From NCBI GenBank assembly GCA_963772455.1, contig CAVYXJ010000011.1:86775-150774 (forward strand): a DNA stretch of 64,000 nucleotides. Direction: 5' to 3'. The DNA is from Candidatus Bathyarchaeota archaeon (GTDB taxonomy: Archaea > Thermoproteota > Bathyarchaeia > Bathyarchaeales > Bathycorpusculaceae). Positions 40,333-50,998 of this stretch are shown here, piece after piece. The position numbers and the translations under genes are program-made. Numbering within the stretch: the first letter of the stretch is position 1; each line of letters opens with the position of its first letter. The notes under the pieces are model-generated. The model was given only the letters and a program-made list of their open reading frames with translations. It had not been told where the DNA came from and did not search any database.

Positions 40333-41413
40333 ATGAGCCACTTCACTGTAAAGAGACCCGGAATATACGTAGAAGAAATAAGTTATCTGCCAAAGTCAAT
40401 CGAAGGTGTAAGTACAAGTACCGCGGCGTTTTTGGGGGAAACCGAAACGGGCCCAATTACGCCAACTCTTGTTACCAGTTGGATGATTACCAGAGGTTGT
40501 TCGGCGGATATCTTGGCGGAGACAAAGTATTTGCCTTATGCGGTTGAAGGCTTTTTTCTCAATGGTGGCAAACGATGTTACGTATGCAGAGGTTAACAAT
40601 TCGGATTATGCCGGGACTCTTGCGAAATTGGAAACGGTTGAGGATGTTTCAATTGTTTATTGTCCAAATGCTCAAGCTGTGCTTGGACTTGCGGATTTGT
40701 TGATCGAGCATTGTGAACGGTTAAGGTACCGGTTTGCTATTTTGGATTCGGTCAAAGGTCAGAACATTTCAAGCGTGACTAAGCCAAAGGAATCAGCCTT
40801 CGCGGCATTATACTACCCCTGGATTTACGTGAAACATGCTGGAACAGGACCTCATTGTCTAGTTCCGCCAGGCGGTCATGTTGCAGGAATCTATGCTCGA
40901 ACTGACCTTGAAATTGGCGTTAATAAAGCACCAGCAAATGAAGTCGTCAGAGGCGCAGTGGATATAGAGCATACAATTAGCAACAATCAACAGGACAACC
41001 TTGTCCTCCAAGGCATAAACTGTATCCGCAACTTTGTGGGCAGAGGCATACGTGTTTGGGGATCAAGAACCCTCTCCATGGAGCCAACAAAAAAGTATGT
41101 TAACGTTTGTAGACTGCTTATTTATCTTGAGCAATCTATCAAAAAAGGAACTGCTTGGGTAGTTTTTGAACCTAACAATGCTGCAACGTGGGTCAAAGTA
41201 AAAACAGCAATTGAGAATTTCCTAATGCTAACATGGAAAAACGGCTATTTAATGGGCGTTAACTCTCAAGAGGCTTACTTTGTTAAAATTGATCGAACAA
41301 CGATGAACCAATCCGATATTGACAATGGGCGTTTAATAGTGCTTATCGGTTTAGCTCTTTTAAAGCCGGCAGAATTCATCATTATAAGGATCAACCAAAC
41401 AACTATAGTTTAA
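40333..41413 (+). CDS. Contractile tail sheath protein (phage/eCIS type), three single-base indels in the 5' part
   Basis: PGIYVEE, TSTAAFLG, GFFLNGG.RCY, RFAILD, AALYYPW, PP.GHVAG.YARTD, KAPAN, GIN.IR.F.GRG..VWG.RT, RL..Y.E.SI, VFEPN, KPAEFI motifs; SD GAGGT; indels near 40485, 40525 and 40591. Confidence 0.9.
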
Positions 41414-41531
41414 ACTGAAATTATTTTGCAAAGTTTTTTTTTGCAAACACATGCGACCTTAGATCAGCAAGGTTTATGGTGTGTTTTATACATTGTAATT
41501 GTAGTTATTTTAGATCTTAATTTTAGTAGAG

Positions 41532-41976
41532 GTGAAAATTTTGCCAGATATTGTTGACGCTGCAATGGCATCGGGATGGTATAAACTTGTAGGGGCAGTA
41601 AAAGCTACAAGCCCAGTCGATACCTTGAAGGGTCCAGGTCCATTCACGGTTTTTAATCATACAGATAAGGCATTAAATAAAATTCCAAAAGCCGACATGG
41701 ACATGCTAATGAACACCCCCATGAAACTCGAGGAAGTCTTAACTTTCTATGTTTTTGAAACAAAAAATGAAGGCTGCAGATTTGAAGGAACATGAGTATT
41801 CGCAGGCGCTAATGGCGGAGAACTAAGAATAGACGTAAAAAATTGGCACATGCACAAGAACAAAAAGGTTAATGGAGCGAATATCATCAAACCCGATCTA
41901 ATTGTATCAAAGGAATTGCCATGCCCTAGACAAAGTGTTTATGCCTAAAAGGGCAGACATGAACCAAAAAATGTAG
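41532..41976 (+). pseudogene. Fasciclin (FAS1) domain gene, degraded
   Basis: DIVD.A, DTLKGPGPFTVF..TD.A, VNGANII..D, CHALDKV.MP spread across several frames; conserved FAPT changed to FNHT. Confidence 0.75.
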
Positions 41977-42037
41977 AATTAAACCTGCAATTACTAGCAG
42001 GAACCTCGTTTTTTTAAATGTACTGAAGAGAACCAAT

Positions 42038-42499
42038 TTAGAGATATTGCTTTATTTTCTTAGTCATTATATCCAGCTGGGCTCTCTCAACTTCTCTGAG
42101 TTCGCTAAACGACGGCAGTTTTTGTCCTTCAAATCTTGGAACCACATGAACATGGATATGAAAAATATCTTGTCCTGCCGCTTTACCGTTCTGCTGAATT
42201 ATGCTAATGCCGTCTGCACCTGTAGCTTTTTTGATTGCATAGGATAATTTTTTTGCGATTTTATGAATATGAGTTAGCTCTTTTTCGGGTGTATCAAAGA
42301 TATCGATGTAGTGGACTTTGGGTATAACAAGTGAATGTCCAATGTTTAAAGGTCTTATATCAAGGAAAGCCATTACGGCTTGGTCCTCGTAGATAATGCT
42401 TGATTGCGCTTGTTTGTGAACTATTTTGCAGAAAATGCAGGATTCATCAAACGTCAAGTCAAACTCGCCTCTATATTTCAACTCACTTTTAAACATCAA
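42038..42499 (-). CDS. HIT family hydrolase
   Basis: CIFCKI, GHSLVIPK.H, AGQ.IFHIHVHVVPR motifs; start may be downstream. Confidence 0.93.
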   Translation of the reverse strand: MMFKSELKYRGEFDLTFDESCIFCKIVHKQAQSSIIYEDQAVMAFLDIRPLNIGHSLVIPKVHYIDIFDTPEKELTHIHKIAKKLSYAIKKATGADGISIIQQNGKAAGQDIFHIHVHVVPRFEGQKLPSFSELREVERAQLDIMTKKIKQYL

Positions 42500-42553
42500 T
42501 CAGTTTATATGGATATTTCCTCTTCATATTCTTTAATATTTGAGGTTTTAAAA

Positions 42554-42841
42554 ATGACTGATCTTGAAGATAAAGTACGTGTTGAAGTTGGCAAAGTGCA
42601 AGACCCCGAGACAGGCCAAACCTTCGAGGAAATGCAAATGATTCAAAGTGTAAAAGAAACAGAGCCAGGCATAGTCACAGTCGAATTCGTTCCAACCAGC
42701 CCATTCTGCCCAATTGCCTTCAAACTTTCAGCTGACCTACGTGATGCTGCAAAAACAGTTTCAGGCTTAAAAAAAGTCATTGTATTATGTCGTGGACACG
42801 CTATGGAACAGCAAATAAACGAAATGACCAATAAAGAATAA
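42554..42841 (+). CDS. DUF59/SufT-like Fe-S assembly protein
   Basis: V.DPETG and PTSPFCP motifs; ATG 42554 with SD GAGGT. Confidence 0.85.
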   Translation: MTDLEDKVRVEVGKVQDPETGQTFEEMQMIQSVKETEPGIVTVEFVPTSPFCPIAFKLSADLRDAAKTVSGLKKVIVLCRGHAMEQQINEMTNKE

Positions 42842-42913
42842 CAAGGTTTATTCAACCTTTTTCGAGTATAGATTCTGTATTCTTCAAAGTATTTCGATAG
42901 TAACTTATTTTTT

Positions 42914-43687
42914 TTACTTCATTCTGCTAAATGCCCAAGTTCCAACGGCAATCATAATCACATCAAATAAAGATATTATTCCAATGTCAATCCATAAGGG
43001 CTGAATCTGAAGAGGTGCCCATGCTGGACCTAAAATAACACTTCTCAAGGCATCAACACCATATGTTAATGGGTTCCAGGCGGAGGCAGCAGTTAACCAG
43101 CTGGGAAGATTGATTCCTGGTCCTTTTAACGGAAACAATGAGCCGCTTAAAAAGAACAAGGGCAAGTTAATGAAGGTCTGGATTGCACCAAAACTTTCGA
43201 GATTCCCCATGAAACTTGCGATGGTTAAGCCAATGCTGACTAATCCAAAAGTTATCAGAATCATAATTGGTAGTGCGAAAAGGAAAGTTAGAGGGTCAAT
43301 TGACAAGCCTAATGCTATTCCTACGAAAAATACTATTATGCCTTGAAGAAACGCAGATGAGCTATCTCCTAACATTTTTCCTAAGAAAATGCTAAAACGG
43401 GAGATTGGGGAGACTAGGATTTCTTTCATGAATCCAAATTCTTTATCCCAAATTACGCTTATGCCCATAAACATCGAGGTGAAAAGCAATGTTTGAGCAA
43501 CAATGCCTGGAAAAATAACTTGCTGGTAACTTAAGCCGGGTATTGTAAATCGCAAACCAAATCCAGCCCCGAATATGATTAGCCAGAGTAATGGTTGGAT
43601 AAACATGCTAACTAGTCTTGCTCTATCCCGAAGAAATCTTTTGATTTCTCGAAGCCAGAGAGTGTAGACGCCACGTAATTCACTCAT
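42914..43687 (-). CDS. ABC-2 permease (DrrB-like)
   Basis: WLREIKRF, WDKEFGFMKEILVSP, PLFFLSG..FP, NPLTYGVD motifs; ATG 43687 overlaps the ATPase stop. Confidence 0.9.
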   Translation of the reverse strand: MSELRGVYTLWLREIKRFLRDRARLVSMFIQPLLWLIIFGAGFGLRFTIPGLSYQQVIFPGIVAQTLLFTSMFMGISVIWDKEFGFMKEILVSPISRFSIFLGKMLGDSSSAFLQGIIVFFVGIALGLSIDPLTFLFALPIMILITFGLVSIGLTIASFMGNLESFGAIQTFINLPLFFLSGSLFPLKGPGINLPSWLTAASAWNPLTYGVDALRSVILGPAWAPLQIQPLWIDIGIISLFDVIMIAVGTWAFSRMK

Positions 43688-44673
43688 TTTATTGCTCTCC
43701 TTTGGATTGCTGACATGCCATGGAGTTCTTTTCCTGAATCTTGCCGAATTGATTTGCCTGTATAGTGTAAGAAGACGTCTTCGAGGTTTGGTTGACGCAG
43801 TAGTAAAGATTCTACATAAATGTTGTTTTGGGTTGCAAGTTCCATTATGCGAGGCATGACTGTTTTGCCGTTTCGCACTGTGATCTCTAAGGAGCCATTG
43901 ACTATTTGGTTTTGGTTTAGTCCCAACCATTCATTTATGAGACTTGATAATTTTTGAATGTTTTTTGCTGTAACAGTTATTACATCTCCTTCAAGGGTTT
44001 CTTTAAGTTTTGAAGGAGAATCCAAAACAACGATTTTTCCGTGATCCATTATTGCGATTCGGTCTGAGAGCCTGTCGGCTTCATCCATGTAATGGGTTGT
44101 TAAAACTACAGTTATGTCATTAGCTTCTTTGAGTTCTTTGATATATTTCCAGATATGGTCGCGAGTTTGCGGATCCAATCCAACTGTCGGTTCATCCAAA
44201 AACAGCACTTTTGGATAATGAATTAAGCCGCGCCCTATCTCAAGCCTTCGACGCATGCCTCCCGAATAGGTTCGGAGTAGATCGTTTGCTCTATCTTCCA
44301 ACTCAATTAGTTTTAAGATTCGGTTTATGCGTTCTTTCTGTTCTGATGATGGAACCCCAAAGAGGTTTGCATGCATGAAGAGGTTTTCCTTGGCAGTTAA
44401 ACGGTCGTCCACACTTGGTTCCTGGAAGACTATGCCTATGGATTTTCTAACCTTGTTTGGTTCGCGAACTATATCAAATCCATTGACCTTTGCGGAGCCG
44501 GAGGTTGGTTTTAGAATCGTACATAGCATGGAAACGGCGGTGGTTTTTCCAGCTCCATTGGGTCCTAGAAGCCCAAAAATCTCGCCTGATTCTACACTTA
44601 TGTCTAAGCTGTCAACTGCTTTGAGGGAATTGTAAGTTTTTGTTAATTGTTTGGTTTCTATGGCAAGTGGCAT
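43684..44673 (-). CDS. ABC ATP-binding protein (DrrA-like)
   Basis: GPNGAGKTT, YSGGMRRRLE, LDEPTVGLDPQ motifs. Confidence 0.93.
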   Translation of the reverse strand: MPLAIETKQLTKTYNSLKAVDSLDISVESGEIFGLLGPNGAGKTTAVSMLCTILKPTSGSAKVNGFDIVREPNKVRKSIGIVFQEPSVDDRLTAKENLFMHANLFGVPSSEQKERINRILKLIELEDRANDLLRTYSGGMRRRLEIGRGLIHYPKVLFLDEPTVGLDPQTRDHIWKYIKELKEANDITVVLTTHYMDEADRLSDRIAIMDHGKIVVLDSPSKLKETLEGDVITVTAKNIQKLSSLINEWLGLNQNQIVNGSLEITVRNGKTVMPRIMELATQNNIYVESLLLRQPNLEDVFLHYTGKSIRQDSGKELHGMSAIQRRAIK

Positions 44674-44880
44674 TTTGGCGCTTTCTCATTTTAGCTATGA
44701 AACTTTAGGCAGATTTAAGGATATTTGCAAAGACCAGAAGAAAATGAGAAAAACTATTTGACCCCAAAAAAGTCAGCTAAATCTTAAGTGGTTTAGGTAT
44801 CCTACGAGTTAGAGTGCATCTGGTTATTCGCATTAGCCTTAAATATTGATGTTTTCTATTGCAAGCGGGGCATCGAGAGC

Positions 44881-45654
44881 ATGAGCAGTCCATATGCAGT
44901 TGACCTTCGAAATGTAACAAAACGCTACAACGAAATAGTAGCTGTAAACAACATGAACCTAACAATTGAGAAAGGCGAAATCTTTGCGCTTTTGGGACCT
45001 AACGGTTCAGGGAAATCCACTACTCTCAAGATGCTAATGGGCTTGGTTCAACCTACGAATGGAGAAATTAGTGTTCTTGGATTAGATGTTTTAAAAAACC
45101 CTGTAGAAGTTAAGGAACAAGTGGGGTATGTTCCTGAATCACCAAACATATATGAGTTTTTAACTGGCATTGAATATCTCGATTTCATCGCAGACATTTT
45201 CAGTGTCCCAACAACTGAGAAACAGCAACGTATAACTGAGTATCTCAAAGCCCTTCAGCTTGAAGGACGCGAAGGAGACATGATTAACAGTTACTCAGAT
45301 GGCATGAAGAAGAAAATTAGTTTAATCTCTGCGTTTCTTCATAAACCTAAAATTTTGATTCTTGATGAACCCCTAAATGCTTTGGATCCTAGAAGTGCAC
45401 GAATAGTGAAGGATTTATTGCATGAGTTGAAATCTCAAGGTGTTACAACCATTTTGTCAACCCATGTTCTGGAAATTGCTGAAGCATTATGCGATCGAAT
45501 TGCCATCATGTATCAAGGGAACATCTTAGCCTTGGGTACGATGAATGAGTTGAGAAGTCGGGCAAGCATGCCTAATTCTGGTTTAGAAGATATTTTCCTA
45601 AGGTTAACAGGCACTGGGGATCTAAGAGCTATTGTTGAGGAACTCCTCCGATGA
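44881..45654 (+). CDS. ABC ATP-binding protein
   Basis: GPNGSGKST, YSDGMKKK, LDEP...LDP motifs. Confidence 0.92.
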   Translation: MSSPYAVDLRNVTKRYNEIVAVNNMNLTIEKGEIFALLGPNGSGKSTTLKMLMGLVQPTNGEISVLGLDVLKNPVEVKEQVGYVPESPNIYEFLTGIEYLDFIADIFSVPTTEKQQRITEYLKALQLEGREGDMINSYSDGMKKKISLISAFLHKPKILILDEPLNALDPRSARIVKDLLHELKSQGVTTILSTHVLEIAEALCDRIAIMYQGNILALGTMNELRSRASMPNSGLEDIFLRLTGTGDLRAIVEELLR

Positions 45655-47342
45655 ATTGGAAAAACGTTCTCTACTTGCTAAGGGTAGAACGTAAATCAGG
45701 TCGATTAATCAGAGGTATTAAGACAACAAAGTATAGAGAAAATCGTTTTCTTGCCTATTGGCCTTATTGGGTAGCTCTAATTATCGGGGTGATAGGTGGT
45801 TTACTAGCTAATTTCATAGTATCGTCGGCATATTCAGATTTGAGCGCCAGTGTTAATTTGCCATCGCTTATAAGTGGTTCATTGAGCGTTTTTGTTACCT
45901 TGCCAACGATTGTGTTGGTTTTTGCTTTTGTATTTACTCTTCTTCAACAAATCCAGGTTGCTGGCATTAAGGTTACAGGTCAAGTAATGTATTGGTTGCC
46001 TATAACTTGGCAAGAGCAAACAATGGCTTCTATTTTATCTAATCTTCTTGGTTTACCAATTGCTCTAGTGATTGGTGTTGGAGCGGGAACTATTGTTTAT
46101 GGCGTCTTTAACGGTTTGATTTTGCAGGCAATCTTAACTTTTTTAGCGATGCTCGCCACTGCTTTTTTGGCAAGTGCTGTTACTGAGGTCGTTAGGTTAC
46201 TCCAAATGCGCTTCATTGGCGCAGTTTACAAATCTAGTGGCAGAGCAGCAATCTGGGTTAGATTAATTGGAACATTGATTTTCTTTATTATTTTTTACAC
46301 TCTTTATTCTTACGTAATTTATGGAAGTGGTGCCTTGACATTTTTCACTACACTACAACAAATTCAAAGTGTCGCTTGGTTTGTACCTTTCATTTGGCTT
46401 GCTTTAATGATAGGTAACTTCTTTAATGGATTGTATTTGCAAGGCTTGGTTTATGGGGCTTCATCGGTATTGTTCATTGTTGCCCTTTATTTTTTGGCAG
46501 TAAAGTTGAATCAGTTATTTGGGCTCTACGAACCTCCAGCAATCACACTTCAAAAAAGTGGAGTTTATACGCCTAAAACAGGGTTATTAGGTAAATTTGG
46601 TTTCTCAACTGGCGAAGCAGCATTGATCCGAAAGGACTTGAGAGCTTTTACTAGACGTCGTGAAATGATCAGCATTTTTATTGTGCCGATTGTTATGATT
46701 ATTCTTCCATTAACCCAATCTCTTGGAATAAATAGTAGTGGAGATGCCTCAAGCACTGGAGCTTTTATTTTTTCTGCTATCATCTTCTTCTTACCTGCAT
46801 CTTTTATGGCATTGCTATTGGGTGAAGTTATGATAGGTGAAGAAGGTCAAGCAGTTTGGAGGATCTATGCTTCTCCTATTTCAGCTAAGAGCTTGGTAAA
46901 AAGTAAAACATTTTTCTTAACGCTCTTATCAACAATTATTTTGCTTATTAGTGGAATTGTTGGAATAATATTTTATCATCCTAATTTAGCGCAAACAGTT
47001 GCATATTTGCTTGAAGGTTTCTTTGTTCTTTTAGCTGTTGGAATTGTTGGACTCACTATTGGTTTTAAAGGACCTGACTTTTCGCAGAGTCGTAGAGCAA
47101 GAATGGTTCGTCAAGAATGGTCATTGATAGGTTTGGTTGTTGGCGCTGTTGTTGGATTCGCTGTTCTCTTTCCGCTGGTTTTGTCTTTTGGATTCTCCAT
47201 TTTCACAGCTGGATCTATCGATATTACTAACCTTGCCCTAAGCGTAGCTATTAGCGGAATTATTTCTATTGCTACTTCAATTATCTTCTACAAAATAAAT
47301 GTCAAAATTGCCAAGGACTTCCTTCGAAAAGCTGAAGTCTAA
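45651..47342 (+). CDS. Large polytopic ABC permease
   Basis: More than 12 hydrophobic helices; overlaps the ABC ATPase stop codon. Confidence 0.75.
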   Translation: MNWKNVLYLLRVERKSGRLIRGIKTTKYRENRFLAYWPYWVALIIGVIGGLLANFIVSSAYSDLSASVNLPSLISGSLSVFVTLPTIVLVFAFVFTLLQQIQVAGIKVTGQVMYWLPITWQEQTMASILSNLLGLPIALVIGVGAGTIVYGVFNGLILQAILTFLAMLATAFLASAVTEVVRLLQMRFIGAVYKSSGRAAIWVRLIGTLIFFIIFYTLYSYVIYGSGALTFFTTLQQIQSVAWFVPFIWLALMIGNFFNGLYLQGLVYGASSVLFIVALYFLAVKLNQLFGLYEPPAITLQKSGVYTPKTGLLGKFGFSTGEAALIRKDLRAFTRRREMISIFIVPIVMIILPLTQSLGINSSGDASSTGAFIFSAIIFFLPASFMALLLGEVMIGEEGQAVWRIYASPISAKSLVKSKTFFLTLLSTIILLISGIVGIIFYHPNLAQTVAYLLEGFFVLLAVGIVGLTIGFKGPDFSQSRRARMVRQEWSLIGLVVGAVVGFAVLFPLVLSFGFSIFTAGSIDITNLALSVAISGIISIATSIIFYKINVKIAKDFLRKAEV

Positions 47343-47438
47343 TATTTATTGGCAATTATTTCGCCAACATTATTTGCCATTTGTCTTTTTTCGTCAGCTT
47401 TATCTAGCAGAAAAAACAATTATTTCCTAGTTGATTTT

Positions 47439-47879
47439 ATGAAAGAATTATCAGTTAAGAGTCTAACATTTGACCATAACCGTCCTATGCCAAAAAAATA
47501 TAGTTGTGATGGCGAAGGTATCAATCCACCTTTGACAATTGAGGGGATTCCTAAAGAAACCCTTAGTCTCGCCTTGGTGGTAGATGACCCGGACGCGCCT
47601 GGCGGAACATTTGATCATTGGGTTGTATGGAACATTTCGCCTTCTACAACTAAAATTGGTGAGCACTCGATTCCTGGTACTGAGGGACTAAATAGCATGA
47701 GAAAAATAGGTTACACTGGTCCATGCCCGCCGTCTGGAACGCATAGGTATTTCTTCAAGGTTTACGCCTTGAACGCTCAATTAACTTTGAGTGCTAAGTC
47801 CACTAAAAGAGACCTTGAAAAAGCTATGCAGGGACATACAATTGCTAAGGGTGAATTGATAGGTCTATACCATAGGTAA
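47439..47879 (+). CDS. YbhB/YbcL (PEBP) family protein
   Basis: DDPDAP..TFDHWVVWNI, GPCPPSGTHRYFF motifs. Confidence 0.93.
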   Translation: MKELSVKSLTFDHNRPMPKKYSCDGEGINPPLTIEGIPKETLSLALVVDDPDAPGGTFDHWVVWNISPSTTKIGEHSIPGTEGLNSMRKIGYTGPCPPSGTHRYFFKVYALNAQLTLSAKSTKRDLEKAMQGHTIAKGELIGLYHR

Positions 47880-47980
47880 ATAAAAATAGAATTGAATTAA
47901 TCTTTTTTCAGTCTTCAGCAACGACTATTTAAATATTAAATACTTTCTTTTAATGAATATCTTACCTTAGTTGAGCTGAT

Positions 47981-49150
47981 TTGAACCGAAAATTCGCCGC
48001 ATTGACAACTACTGTTCTAATAGCGTTAATTGTAGTATCGCTTTTTGTTGCAATACATTGGTCTAATAGCCAAAAGATCGCTAGGCAATTCTATGTAGGA
48101 GTTGAATATGCGTATGGTAATAATCAAACCGCTCAAACCCAAGTAACACAAATTCAAGCGTTAGTAGACAAAGTTAAGGATTACACGAATCTTTTTGTAA
48201 TGGGTTCACTCGGCTTAACATTTGACAGGACTGCGTTAAGCGAAGCATGCGATTATATTTTCAATGCTAAACTCAACTTTATCGTTTTATTTACAGGTTT
48301 AGACATGTATAGTTACAACATTACCGATTGGATGCAGGATGCAAAACTAAAATATGGCGAAAAGTTTCTTGGAACCTATAGGTACGATGAACCAGGCGGA
48401 AATCAATTAGACAATGGCCGCGAACAACTCATCGAGAATGAATTGATTAATAACAAGACTACTTACGCTGATTTATCGAGGAATTTTACAGACACTTTAG
48501 CTTTTTTCCCAAATTATTATTTGCAGTTTACCCCAAGAATCTTCACTGCGGATTATGGACTTTATTGGTTTGACTACAAATCTAAGTACACTGCAATATT
48601 TGCGGAGTTTGTTGGCAACGAAAGCAGAGAAAGACATATTGGTCTTTGTCGTGGTGCGGCTGAAGCGTTTGATAGGGATTGGGGAGTCATTGTTACATGG
48701 AAATACAGTTATCAGTTACCATATCTTGAATCTGGAAACGAATTGTATACGGATTTATCTTTGGCTTACAGTTCTGGAGCAAAGTATGCAATAGTTTTCA
48801 GTTACCCACAAATTGGTACGTACGGAATATTGACCGAAGAGCATTTTGCTTCATTACAGAAATTCTGGATTAACCTGCATAAAAACCCCAGTAGTTTTGG
48901 TTCAAATGATCCTGTTATTGCTTATGTTGTTCCAGCAGACTATGGGTTTGGCTTCCGTAATGCAAATGACTCAATTTGGGGATTATTTCCAGCGGACGAG
49001 TTATCATCAAAAATCTTTGAAGATACCAACATAATCTTGCCAGCCAAATATGGTTCACGTTTTGACATTATCTACAATGAGCCACAAATAATTACGCCAT
49101 TACTAAGAAATTATGGTCAAGTGTTTTATTGGAATCAAACAATTCCCTGA
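47981..49150 (+). CDS. Exported/membrane-anchored hypothetical protein, possibly TIM-barrel hydrolase-like
   Basis: N-terminal TM/signal segment; aromatic-rich; YRYDEPGG motif; several N-x-S/T sequons. Confidence 0.6.
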   Translation: MNRKFAALTTTVLIALIVVSLFVAIHWSNSQKIARQFYVGVEYAYGNNQTAQTQVTQIQALVDKVKDYTNLFVMGSLGLTFDRTALSEACDYIFNAKLNFIVLFTGLDMYSYNITDWMQDAKLKYGEKFLGTYRYDEPGGNQLDNGREQLIENELINNKTTYADLSRNFTDTLAFFPNYYLQFTPRIFTADYGLYWFDYKSKYTAIFAEFVGNESRERHIGLCRGAAEAFDRDWGVIVTWKYSYQLPYLESGNELYTDLSLAYSSGAKYAIVFSYPQIGTYGILTEEHFASLQKFWINLHKNPSSFGSNDPVIAYVVPADYGFGFRNANDSIWGLFPADELSSKIFEDTNIILPAKYGSRFDIIYNEPQIITPLLRNYGQVFYWNQTIP

Positions 49151-49268
49151 TTCAAAAAATCAAAATTCGGAAGTTGAGAATCTCAGACTACAATTATATT
49201 AGTTAATTAACAAAAAAATTAAAGTGGATAGGAAGTTCTTATTCAATCTAAAAAGTGTGTAGCAACCT

Positions 49269-49715
49269 TTAGTATGGCCTCATTCCCCAGACACGATAAG
49301 CTTCATACCAAAAAATCGCACAAACTATAGCGCCAAACGAAATAATAAAAACGTTATCTCGAGTAAAACTGTGAACCATTATCAATAGGTAAGCTGCATA
49401 AAACACTGTTGAGAACAAGGCATAGAAGAAGAAACGTGGAAACAGCAACTTCCCCAGCTTTACATAGTGACGGAGCACACCGATTTTTACTTGACCAACC
49501 AAAATATAGTGACCGCTGACTTCTTGTTTTTCAACTAAACCCAATTCGCGTAGTTGCTCAAGATGATGAAAAGCAATGCTTGGGCTACTGAAATGTAATG
49601 ACCTTTGAACTTCGCGAACGCCAACGGGGCTTCCAGTTTTTAAGAGAAACCAATAGACTTTCCAGGCTTTGCCACGTAAAGCATATTCTAGCTCGGTTTC
49701 GCTTTTGTCATTCAA
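49269..49715 (-). CDS. Winged-helix regulator with two C-terminal TM helices
   Basis: GVREVQRSLHFSSPSIAFHHLEQL.ELGLVEK HTH followed by two hydrophobic segments. Confidence 0.8.
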   Translation of the reverse strand: MNDKSETELEYALRGKAWKVYWFLLKTGSPVGVREVQRSLHFSSPSIAFHHLEQLRELGLVEKQEVSGHYILVGQVKIGVLRHYVKLGKLLFPRFFFYALFSTVFYAAYLLIMVHSFTRDNVFIISFGAIVCAIFWYEAYRVWGMRPY

Positions 49716-49984
49716 CTAGTAAGCCTCAGACTCATATGAGATTACAGGGTGAATATAAGTCCAGCTATTAGATGATTTGTTCTAATTAGTAGACAGAAAT
49801 TAGTTGCAAATGGTTATAGAAGAAATCTGATCTTTGCCAAAATCTCTATTGTGTTTTTACATGCTAGAAAAAGAGATATTTATTATTACTTATTGTAAAT
49901 TGGCATGTTTGAATATCTTGCTATAGATTTTTTTTCACATGATTTTGTGTAAATTACAAAAAATTTAAGTATTAATAATATAAT

Positions 49985-50998
49985 TTGTCGGATGGGGGAG
50001 AAGAAATGAGCTCAACAAAAGAAACCGTTACTAAAGTAAAGAATTTAGAAAAAGAAAAAAGAAACCTGCTAACCGAATTTGAAGAACTCAGAAAAATGGC
50101 TGATTTGAAATCCAAAGCTTTAGAGGATGAAATTACAACCATAAAAGATCAAATGGATGCTTTAAGGGAGATAATGGGTCAAGAAAGAAACCATGTTTCA
50201 GACGACATTTCAATTAGCCCAGAGAATCAGGCTTCAGTAATGAAAATAGTGGATAGAATAATTGGGGAATCAAATAAGCTTGGAAATCAGATTTTTGAGT
50301 TTTCTCCTTATAGCCAATATTTTGATAGTTGGCTTGTTAACTTGGAGCAAATTATTTCTGAATTTGAATCGAATGTTAATATAAAATTAGATGACTTGTT
50401 TATCAAAGATCGGTCGCGAATTTTTCTAGACATTGAACGAACCCTTGCCCAAAAACGTCTTGAAGAATCAAAGCAAAGTATTAATGAGAAAGCACTAGAT
50501 GACGCGAATCAACTTTTAGTTGAAATTGAAAAGGATTATGATAAAAAGATAAAAGAGATACTTGAATGGAAAAACTCGGAAATTCCACGATTAAATAATC
50601 GAATTCATGAACTTGAAACTGAATTAGAAACTCATGAGGAAATAAAATCCAAGATAATTCCAAAACAATTAACGAACATGACAAAACAATTAAGGGCTTC
50701 CACAAGAAAAGAATGGATTGAAAAAAGAAAACAAGCTACCGAAAAACTTGCCCAAACAAGACAAGAACTAGCATCAACTAGAAATGAGTTGGGAACGTTA
50801 CAGCAAAATTTTAATGGTAAGCAAGCAGTTCTGAAAGAAAATTACGATAAGAAGAAACAGGACATTAAGGAAACGGTAATAGATCTACAGTATGAACTTG
50901 AAAAAATAAAGACCGATTCTTCAATAAATGAAAGGCGAGAGACAAGTGTGGCAATTGTTAAGTCTATTAATGCCTTAATCCAAAGGGCAACCAAATAA
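49985..50998 (+). CDS. Coiled-coil protein of unknown function
   Basis: Long E/K/L-rich heptad stretches; no catalytic motif seen. Confidence 0.65.
   Translation: MSDGGEEMSSTKETVTKVKNLEKEKRNLLTEFEELRKMADLKSKALEDEITTIKDQMDALREIMGQERNHVSDDISISPENQASVMKIVDRIIGESNKLGNQIFEFSPYSQYFDSWLVNLEQIISEFESNVNIKLDDLFIKDRSRIFLDIERTLAQKRLEESKQSINEKALDDANQLLVEIEKDYDKKIKEILEWKNSEIPRLNNRIHELETELETHEEIKSKIIPKQLTNMTKQLRASTRKEWIEKRKQATEKLAQTRQELASTRNELGTLQQNFNGKQAVLKENYDKKKQDIKETVIDLQYELEKIKTDSSINERRETSVAIVKSINALIQRATK

Noticed and set aside
40172-42037. Prophage or provirus around the sheath gene
   Set aside because: No integrase, att repeats, tRNA target, capsid or replication gene seen
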